DNA of 64,000 nucleotides from contig JAPLXS010000006.1 in NCBI GenBank assembly GCA_026395965.1, positions 233,165 to 297,164 on the forward strand. The letters run 5' to 3'. Position 1 is the first letter of the stretch; each line of letters opens with the position of its first letter. The notes under the pieces are model-generated. The model searched no databases and had not been told where the DNA came from. It saw only the letters and a program-made list of their open reading frames with translations. Shown one piece after another: positions 19,341-26,842 of the stretch. The position numbers and the translations under genes are program-made. The DNA comes from Candidatus Nomurabacteria bacterium. Its GTDB lineage: Bacteria; Patescibacteriota; Minisyncoccia; Phycocordibacterales; UBA9973.

Positions 19341-19446
19341 AAATAATTACGAATTAATAATTACGAATTTATAACTAATAACATTGTACCATATTACAAA
19401 TAATTAAGAATTATTAACCTTACTCCCTAATTCCTAATTATTAATT
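19341..19446. repeat. Heptamer arrays (19341-19370 and 19401-19419 forward; 19425-19446 reverse) in the 5' leader of the VirB4-N ORF
   Basis: aaataattacgaattaataattacgaattt ... taattaagaattattaacc ... ccctaattcctaattattaattt. Confidence 0.6.
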
Positions 19447-19455
19447 TATAATTAT

Positions 19456-19875
19456 TTACTCCTTCTCTCCTCTATTACTATCCTGCACATCTAAACTCCA
19501 CGAAAGGTCTTTTAGTTTATTTGATGTAACCATAGGAACAACAGATACTAGTTGTGGAGTAGAAGATTCTTCTTTTTCTTTAATTTCTGGTTTTACAAGT
19601 CTTTGTTTCCATATATATAATTTACCAGAAATAAAATAATTAAAGGCAGCTTCAAGGTAATAGATAAATGGCTTTTCATTTATCTTGTAAAATACCAAAA
19701 GAAATGACAATACACCTATGGGTATTATTAAAAATATACCAATCCACAAAGGAAATAATTTATAAACAACAAAGGCCATACCAGCCCCACCAACAATATA
19801 TATAAATTGGCGAAAAGTAAAAGGGCCAAATAATTTGTCCTCGACGTCAATAAATTGTGGTACTTTGAATTGCAT
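19456..19875 (-). CDS. PrgI/VirB3-like small two-TM type IV secretion protein
   Basis: 139 aa, pattern DVEDKLFGPFTFRQFIYIVGGAGMAFVVY + second TM, located upstream of VirB4 as in PrgI-PrgJ. Confidence 0.55.
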   Translation of the reverse strand: MQFKVPQFIDVEDKLFGPFTFRQFIYIVGGAGMAFVVYKLFPLWIGIFLIIPIGVLSFLLVFYKINEKPFIYYLEAAFNYFISGKLYIWKQRLVKPEIKEKEESSTPQLVSVVPMVTSNKLKDLSWSLDVQDSNRGEKE

Positions 19876-19883
19876 ATAATGGG

Positions 19884-19915
19884 TAATTACGAATTAGGAA
19901 TTAATAATTACGAAT
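19884..19915 (+). repeat. Heptamer array (forward) left of the four-helix-bundle gene
   Basis: taattacgaattaggaattaataattacgaat. Confidence 0.6.
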
Positions 19916-19921
19916 GAACGA

Positions 19922-20272
19922 TTAAGATCTGGATGTTTTTATAATCGAACCAAGTATTTTTAATAATTCTTCACATTCACACATAAGTGTACCAGATTGT
20001 TCCTTGTTTAGAAAACCACTATCTGATAAAAGCTGTAACCAATAAAGTGTTTCCCTTGCCTCTTTGTATGAAATACTCATCTTTGAGATGAAATCATTTT
20101 TTGATTGTGCCCCTATTGCCTCCTCTATATTTGCCCCAATAGATGTTCCGGATCGAATTAATTGTTTTGAAAGAATAAATTCTTTTTTGTCTTTAGTTAA
20201 ATCCTGATATATTTTTATTATATTAAGACTGAAGGCATAACTCTTACTTCTTACGATATTGTCCGACTTCAT
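19922..20272 (-). CDS. Four-helix-bundle protein (TIGR02436-like; family commonly found in 23S rRNA intervening sequences)
   Basis: QLIRSGTSIGANIEEA...KMSISYKEARETLYWLQLL signature, 116 aa. Confidence 0.75.
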   Translation of the reverse strand: MKSDNIVRSKSYAFSLNIIKIYQDLTKDKKEFILSKQLIRSGTSIGANIEEAIGAQSKNDFISKMSISYKEARETLYWLQLLSDSGFLNKEQSGTLMCECEELLKILGSIIKTSRS

Positions 20273-20285
20273 TTTTTTTGATTTA

Positions 20286-20318
20286 AATTCTTAATTCCTA
20301 ATTATTAATTCTTAATTT
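20286..20318 (-). repeat. Heptamer array (reverse orientation) right of the four-helix-bundle gene
   Basis: aattcttaattcctaattattaattcttaatttt, inverted relative to 19884-19915. Confidence 0.6.
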
Positions 20319-20319
20319 T

Positions 20320-21441
20320 CTAAAACTCTTCCCTATAAGGGTCATGTGATTTTGGTGAAGAAACAGTATTTGAAGGTAAAGGAGACGGAGTAGATATTTT
20401 GGGAATTGAATAGTCTGAAACAGTATGATCACTCATAGTTATACTTTTTAATTTGTCCCCCATAGATATGGCTTGTGTATTTACAATAGGAGACTTGGGA
20501 ATAGGAATACTAGGTTTTACTTCCCATGCATCTTTTAGCTCGTCTTTTATTTTAACAGGAGTTTCTATTTTTGTAGTTATATGTTCTATGTAATCAAGCC
20601 TATCTTCTTTTTTTATTATACTAGCACTTTGTGCTACGCTTTCTGTTGGTTTTTTAATTTCTATAACTTCTTCTATTTTGGGTATTGTTGTTTGTACTGC
20701 TGGGAGCTCTATACTTGATTTTGCATAAGGAGGAACAGGAACCTTGTCCTCGCTCTCTACTTTCATATCACTACCGTTTATTTTTTCTTGCTCATTCTTT
20801 TTCATAACCTCTCTAATGTTAATGAAAATATTTTCATTAACATCTTTTATTAGGTCTGAAATTTCTTCTTTTGGTAGTGGTATTTTAGAAATTATTTCAC
20901 CCTCGTATTTATCTGAATGTATAACATTTTGTATTACTTTTACTGTTATATCTTCTATAATACCCATCTGCTCGATGTTTAATTTGTATTTCTTTGATAT
21001 CTCGTAAAGCTTATTTTTCCAGTCAGAGCCTGCTATCGCCTCCTGAATATCTTTTGGCATAGTAATAAAACGAGGGTCTAAAATCAAAGGTTTTTTTTCA
21101 AAAACTGTTTTGGCTGTTCTTTCTAGTTTTTTCTTTAACTCCTCGGCAATTTTTTTGAAAATTAATCTATCGAGTTCACCGAGTAGGATGTTTGTATCAT
21201 CATTAGTTATTCTCATTCTGGATTGAATTTCTTTTTGATATTCTTCTGGTTTTAAAATTCCGCATAGAAGTAATTCAGTTTCTGTTGAAAGATCATCAAG
21301 TTGCTCGGGGCTGTATTTTTTATTCATCTCTAGAATAACCAATTTCCAATTTACACTATCAATAGCCTCCCGACTTTCTTTTGAAAGGAGTGCTCTTGCT
21401 TCTTCTATTTGAATTTTAAGTAAATCAACTTTGGTATCCAT
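20320..21441 (-). CDS. Hypothetical coiled-coil protein with Pro-rich C-terminus (secretion-locus component)
   Basis: 373 aa, charged helical repeats, no enzymatic motif. Confidence 0.5.
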   Translation of the reverse strand: MDTKVDLLKIQIEEARALLSKESREAIDSVNWKLVILEMNKKYSPEQLDDLSTETELLLCGILKPEEYQKEIQSRMRITNDDTNILLGELDRLIFKKIAEELKKKLERTAKTVFEKKPLILDPRFITMPKDIQEAIAGSDWKNKLYEISKKYKLNIEQMGIIEDITVKVIQNVIHSDKYEGEIISKIPLPKEEISDLIKDVNENIFINIREVMKKNEQEKINGSDMKVESEDKVPVPPYAKSSIELPAVQTTIPKIEEVIEIKKPTESVAQSASIIKKEDRLDYIEHITTKIETPVKIKDELKDAWEVKPSIPIPKSPIVNTQAISMGDKLKSITMSDHTVSDYSIPKISTPSPLPSNTVSSPKSHDPYREEF

Positions 21442-21536
21442 CTTGATATATAATAGTTCCTTGAAAGTGGAATTATCTTATTAATTATAGTTTATAATAC
21501 AAACTTACTCAATCTTTAATAATAAAATTAATTTTA

Positions 21537-21941
21537 TTATTTTATAAAATAGGAATAATCTCCACCAGAAATAATAAAATTAATTGTTTGGTCCCATGGC
21601 GTTTTTGTAAACTCTATATTATTCTTTATGTCGTTACTAATTATAGATAATATTGGATCAAAAACATTTTTATATATTTCAGCTATTATTTTTTTAGTTA
21701 TTTCTTCGCTTAAACCAACTTCATTTTGTAAAATATAATCAAAATCTTCTATATCAGTAAGACCAGAAAGAATTAAACCAATTTCAATTTGAATTCTTTC
21801 GTTTTCTTCATCTATAAGACCAAACTGATTGCTAATCTCGTCTGTTTTTTTAATCCAATCTACAGAGTTAATAGCAACCTGTTTTATCTTGGGCAGCTTT
21901 ATTATTTCATCTAATATTTTTTGTTTTGTTATTTCATTCAT
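21537..21941 (-). CDS. Hypothetical small acidic protein (secretion-locus component)
   Basis: 134 aa ORF in operon context. Confidence 0.45.
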   Translation of the reverse strand: MNEITKQKILDEIIKLPKIKQVAINSVDWIKKTDEISNQFGLIDEENERIQIEIGLILSGLTDIEDFDYILQNEVGLSEEITKKIIAEIYKNVFDPILSIISNDIKNNIEFTKTPWDQTINFIISGGDYSYFIK

Positions 21942-21946
21942 ATGTT

Positions 21947-24628
21947 TTAATGGTGTCCTCCTCCATGACTGTCATGACCAGAGCTTGCAGGTTTTGGGAC
22001 GGCAGCTGGCTTAGGTGCAGGTGCTACTGGAGCAGAATGTCCTCCCCCACCTCCATGACTTTCAGAACTCTTTGTTTGTATACCAAGTATCATATTGTCT
22101 CTTGCTTCAGAAGTACCTCTTACTGACCTGCCCGACATAGAGAAAATATTTGCGATTTTATTTGTTGTACTTCCAATATAATCTGATTGGTTTTTTGCAA
22201 CTTTATTTTTTACATCTTCTATCTTGTGCGTAATATTTTTAATATCTGAACCAAAAGAAGCTATTGATTTACCTGTACCGTTTCTTTCTAGTGCCAAGGC
22301 AGCATTAGCTTCATTTGTAGCTTTCAGAAGATCAGTTTTTGCTTTTTGTAGATCTTGCTCAGATTTATCTTTTGATTCTCTAAATTTAAGATCCGCTACA
22401 TATTTAGCTTCTTTTATTTTAGTTTCTTTTTCTGGGGTCATTCCTCCTGGGGAAGATTCTGCATCAGATTTCATTTTAGCAATTCTCTCCATATCTAGAT
22501 TGTATTCAGCTGTTGGAGCACCTTCAATCTTATTAACCTTAGCTTCTGCCTCAGTTTTTGCTTTTACTAGAGATTCAATATATGTCTTCCCTATCTTTCC
22601 GTTATCTGTAGCATATTCATCTGATCCATCTGGATTCTTTTTCCCGGTTTTACCACCCAGGCTGATTGAAGTTTTTTCTGCTTTTAATTCTTTTATTTCA
22701 TTAGAAAGTCTCATTTTTTCTGCTGGATCTGCAGTTTCAGCCATATCTTGTTTGGCTTTAGTTAACTTGTCTTCAATTTCATGTAGTTTATGTGAATTAT
22801 TATTTTCAACAAGTTTTTTACCAACTTCAGTCTTTCTTTTTTCAACTTCATCACCTCTTGTCGCCATAGTTTTTAGTTCTGCTAGTCTTGTTGTTCTTTT
22901 GGCTGCTTTGTCTTCTATTGCTTTCTTGTATCCACCTTCTTTTGCTTTTCCAAAATCTACTCCAAGATTTTTGCCTGTAGCAGCCCCTGCTTTTGTATTA
23001 CGAACATCAAAGCTTGCTTTATTTGCACCACTACCAATATCTATAAGTTTTGCCGCCATTCTACCTTTTAGTCCACCATCTGCTACTTTTTTAGCTAAGT
23101 ATGAATTGTTTTCAATATTACCTCCAAGTCTTCCAACGCTTGCCCTCATAGCAAGTGCGGCTCCACCAGTCATAGCACCAAGAGCGATTCCTCCTACAGC
23201 ACCACCAGCTTTAGATAGAGACTCTCCTATTTGACCAGACATACTTACTGCTACATCTTTTGCTTTCATAAGAAGGATCATTATAAATGCAAACGGAACT
23301 ATTATTTTTAAGACAAAAGTTAAACCACTTGCATTTAATCCACCTGGTGTATTCATTGCATCCATAACACCAAGTCCTTTACTTAGAAACCCGACAATCA
23401 AATACATAAAAAAAGCAAACACCGGAGCTACAAAAGCCATTGAAAGTAGGTCTGGCCACCACTTTTTCCAACCAATCATTTTTATATCTTGAAGCTGTGG
23501 AACTATATAACTAAAAAATGCGAGAGGAGCTAGTATCATAGAGAGCCAAAGCATTACCACCCTGCCTATGAAAATAAGAGCAGATGATGCAAATGCTATG
23601 GTTCCTACTATGTTGATCGCAGTAGAGAGAAAAACAACAATAATAAAACCACCGATAGATATACCGCCACTATTATCTGTCTCACTTGTATCAAGCCCTT
23701 TTGATTTAATTTTTCCTACTTCAGCGGAACTTGTTATAATAGCAACCGGATTAACTTTTGAAACTATTGCTTCAGATAATTTAATTTCTCCAAGATCACC
23801 CCGTTCACTAACAACAGGAAGAGGGTTACCACTCTCATCTTTTTGAACTGTGCCTGTGATTATTGTTTTATCATTATAAAAAACTCGCGCTAAAATATTT
23901 GAAGTATCTATAATAACTTGGGTTGTAAACAAGCTGAAGTTTATAAGTAGTCCAATGATAACTACATTGATAATCATTTCTTTTGTTTTAACACTATGTA
24001 ATTCCAAGATTGTTCCAAAAGCGATATATAGTAAAACAAATATGAAAAACATATTACAAAAGTCTCTTACTATTCCCCACCCACTAAGTACAAATTCTGA
24101 ACGATAAGAAACATCGCTAAGAGAATACATAAAAGTAAAGTCTAATGCTCTACCAGAAAGTCCAAAAACAAATGATGTAGGTACAAAAAATATATAGTAT
24201 AAAAGTTGAGCACCGCAACCTTTCAACCCGTCTCCAGAAGTAATCCCACAAGGCGGAAGTCCACCAGAGTTTTCTTGTTGTGTTGGTGTTACCCCTGTTC
24301 CAGATAATGCACCTACAGTAGTAGTTTGAGCATTAGCAACTGCTTCTTTACACTGACTATAAGAAATACCTGTCTGTGAACTACTTGCTGCTTCATCAGC
24401 TGTCCTATCTGCATTACACTCATTTAGTATTTTTGGAGTACTTGTAGATAATACTTCAGATACACCTGCAGCAGAAAATGATATTTTATTATAACTGTAC
24501 AAAATAGCAGCTTCTACTTTGATACTTTGTATTTTTGGAGTATTTTTTATTCCAAGACCCAAAGTAAATGGCGCAAATAATTGCACAAAAACTGAAAGTA
24601 TTAGAATGTATGGTAAGAATTTCTTCAC
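21947..24628 (-). CDS. VirB6/TrbL-like (TcpH/PrgH-type) polytopic membrane protein with long C-terminal coiled-coil and Gly/His/Pro-rich tail
   Basis: Signal peptide, at least 6 TM helices in residues 150-460, glycine-zipper AGGAVGGIALGAMTGGAALA, K/E-rich coiled coil, tail GGGGGHSAPVAPAPKPAAVPKPASSGHDSHGGGHH. Confidence 0.55.
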   Translation of the reverse strand: MKKFLPYILILSVFVQLFAPFTLGLGIKNTPKIQSIKVEAAILYSYNKISFSAAGVSEVLSTSTPKILNECNADRTADEAASSSQTGISYSQCKEAVANAQTTTVGALSGTGVTPTQQENSGGLPPCGITSGDGLKGCGAQLLYYIFFVPTSFVFGLSGRALDFTFMYSLSDVSYRSEFVLSGWGIVRDFCNMFFIFVLLYIAFGTILELHSVKTKEMIINVVIIGLLINFSLFTTQVIIDTSNILARVFYNDKTIITGTVQKDESGNPLPVVSERGDLGEIKLSEAIVSKVNPVAIITSSAEVGKIKSKGLDTSETDNSGGISIGGFIIVVFLSTAINIVGTIAFASSALIFIGRVVMLWLSMILAPLAFFSYIVPQLQDIKMIGWKKWWPDLLSMAFVAPVFAFFMYLIVGFLSKGLGVMDAMNTPGGLNASGLTFVLKIIVPFAFIMILLMKAKDVAVSMSGQIGESLSKAGGAVGGIALGAMTGGAALAMRASVGRLGGNIENNSYLAKKVADGGLKGRMAAKLIDIGSGANKASFDVRNTKAGAATGKNLGVDFGKAKEGGYKKAIEDKAAKRTTRLAELKTMATRGDEVEKRKTEVGKKLVENNNSHKLHEIEDKLTKAKQDMAETADPAEKMRLSNEIKELKAEKTSISLGGKTGKKNPDGSDEYATDNGKIGKTYIESLVKAKTEAEAKVNKIEGAPTAEYNLDMERIAKMKSDAESSPGGMTPEKETKIKEAKYVADLKFRESKDKSEQDLQKAKTDLLKATNEANAALALERNGTGKSIASFGSDIKNITHKIEDVKNKVAKNQSDYIGSTTNKIANIFSMSGRSVRGTSEARDNMILGIQTKSSESHGGGGGHSAPVAPAPKPAAVPKPASSGHDSHGGGHH

Positions 24629-24692
24629 ACTGATTATTATAACAATTTTTCAGAATAAAATCTCGATATTGAACTTTTATTTGATAAAATAA

Positions 24693-26819
24693 CTACCAAA
24701 TATTTAATACTTGTTCGTAGTCTGCTGCTGTTCCATCTGGGTAATCACTACAGTTTGTTCCTCCTGTGTTGGAGGAAGTAGCTGAAAGGTAATTATAATG
24801 AGTGTATGTCGAATTGATAGTATAGTCACTCATAAAATATATATCTCTTGGTTCAGGTTCAAGTGATTTATTTATCAACGGAACAATGGGAACATCTAAG
24901 GTTAGAGGGTCATTGTGGCATTTAAATATATATTTTTGTGTTGGGTTTTGTACGTAGTAAGGACCTCTTTCAGTAGGTTTGTACCAAGGGTTACCAAATC
25001 TTGCAGTTGGTCCTGTGTAGTTTGGATTTACTGTGCCAGCTTTGTTTGTGGTTTGTGCATAACACTGGTTTATAAGGTCATCTATGTTTTCAACATAAGG
25101 TTTTAGAGTATCTATCTCCCTATATATCATATCTATATCTGTTTGTGTTTTTAATGTTGGGGCTATTATATAGTACTTTCTTAGAAGTTGTGCTAGTTTT
25201 GCTTTTTCTAAATCAGTAAATGTCAAAGGGTTCTGCTCTATAAGCAAACACTTGTTTTCTGTAGGGTCGTTTGGAGCTGAGTTTATTTCAGAGTCATGTG
25301 TTGCTACGTATGAGTTATTTATATCACCACCTGCATGACAATTCGGGTCTAGTGTATCTATTTTGCCGTCGATGTCGTTGTCTAAGCCATCGTTACACTG
25401 ATAAACAACTGATGGGTAAGTTACTTCAGAATCATGTGTATCTATGTAAGAGTTATTTATATCACCACCCGTATGACAACTTGGGTCAAGTGCATCTGTG
25501 AGACCATCGGCATCATTGTCTAATCCGTCGGAACATTGTTTCTTTTCACCATCAGATGGTAATGAATTTGATACAGTAAATGTAGTCCAAGGACCACAAT
25601 TGTTGTCTTCACTTGATTCTATTATAAGACCTGCATCACTGCTAGATTTTTTGTCGGCACAAGCTCTTATATAGTAAGTTCCCGATTGAGGAAAAGTATA
25701 TAAAACTTTTGCAGTATTGTTTGTACCTGCTGATAGTACTGGTAGATTTACATTTAATTCAACATTCCCATTTGTACTTATATTGTTGCTTGTTGGGGCT
25801 GTTTTTGAAATTGTAAAAAAGGTAGAGAAACCAGTTACAGTGGAACCCTTGCCATCATTTCTAATGATAGATGTAAGAGTTACGGGTGTGTTTATAAGAG
25901 CAGTAGCTGGAGTAGTAAAACCAGATATTAAATCTGGACTCATACTCACAGGTGAGCTTGATTCTGAAAAATGATCTGGAGTGTATGCTTTAGTCAAGTC
26001 TCCTCCTGTATGACAATTTGGGTCGAGTGTATCTACAAGACCATCGGTATCGTTGTCTAGCCCGTCGGAACATTGTTTTATATTTCCTCCAACATTAACA
26101 AATACACTACCACTTACATATCCTAAGTCCCCCATACATGTGACTATATAAGACTTATTTGACGAAAGCGTACCAGTTTTAAATGATCCACTTGTACCTG
26201 TTCCGTTGCCGAAACCCGACTGACATGAAGTAGTATTTGTTGAAGTCCAACTCACAGTAGAAGACGCTCCCGATGCAATAGCTTGAGGACTAGCAGAAAC
26301 GGCAACTGTTGGCAAAAGATTGCTACCATCAGTTACACTCACAACTACGTTGTCTACCCCATCACCAAACTCTCCTGTACAGATTATTGTATAAGACTTG
26401 CTGTCAGACAAAGCTCCTGTTTCAAATGTTCCTGTTGCAGGAAGTACTTTGTCATCGCCGGCATTACAAGAAGTAGTATTGATTGAAGTCCAACTAATAG
26501 TCGATGATTTACCAGGTGCAACTTCTGAAGGGCTAGCTGTAGCCATAACTGTGGGTATGCCTGTACCGTCTACAAAGTTTGTACAAAGTGGAGGGTTGAC
26601 TGCTTTGTTGGTACACTCTGGTGTTTTATCTGCTACCAAGGGTACGTTTTTTTTGAATAAACTATTTATAAGCGGTGAAAATAGTTTTCCAACACTTGTA
26701 GATGTTTTTACACCAAAAGAATCTCTGTTGTTATAGATTAAATACCCGGATACCAAAAGTAATATAACAATTATTATTGTTATTATTAGAGCTTTACTTT
26801 TTTGGGGTGTATTTTCCAT
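24693..26819 (-). CDS. Secreted/anchored protein with tandem Ig-like domains and three Cys-flanked DGLDND-DG Ca-binding-like modules
   Basis: N-terminal TM; repeated about 55 aa units (SSTISWTSINTTSC / SSTVSWTSTNTTSC); motif C-x-DGLDND-x-DGL-x-D-x-LDP-x-CH three times. Confidence 0.55.
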   Translation of the reverse strand: MENTPQKSKALIITIIIVILLLVSGYLIYNNRDSFGVKTSTSVGKLFSPLINSLFKKNVPLVADKTPECTNKAVNPPLCTNFVDGTGIPTVMATASPSEVAPGKSSTISWTSINTTSCNAGDDKVLPATGTFETGALSDSKSYTIICTGEFGDGVDNVVVSVTDGSNLLPTVAVSASPQAIASGASSTVSWTSTNTTSCQSGFGNGTGTSGSFKTGTLSSNKSYIVTCMGDLGYVSGSVFVNVGGNIKQCSDGLDNDTDGLVDTLDPNCHTGGDLTKAYTPDHFSESSSPVSMSPDLISGFTTPATALINTPVTLTSIIRNDGKGSTVTGFSTFFTISKTAPTSNNISTNGNVELNVNLPVLSAGTNNTAKVLYTFPQSGTYYIRACADKKSSSDAGLIIESSEDNNCGPWTTFTVSNSLPSDGEKKQCSDGLDNDADGLTDALDPSCHTGGDINNSYIDTHDSEVTYPSVVYQCNDGLDNDIDGKIDTLDPNCHAGGDINNSYVATHDSEINSAPNDPTENKCLLIEQNPLTFTDLEKAKLAQLLRKYYIIAPTLKTQTDIDMIYREIDTLKPYVENIDDLINQCYAQTTNKAGTVNPNYTGPTARFGNPWYKPTERGPYYVQNPTQKYIFKCHNDPLTLDVPIVPLINKSLEPEPRDIYFMSDYTINSTYTHYNYLSATSSNTGGTNCSDYPDGTAADYEQVLNIW

Positions 26820-26842
26820 ATATTTACTTAAATAATTATTAT

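Noticed and set aside
22224-23234. 336 aa + strand ORF inside the VirB6-like gene, and many other 60-200 aa antisense ORFs (e.g. 2066-2308, 3452-4039, 6253-6711, 36724-37050, 53546-53983)
   Set aside because: They are fully embedded antisense to well-supported genes. Their composition is low-complexity (Ser/Phe/Leu-rich), typical of shadow ORFs in AT-rich DNA.
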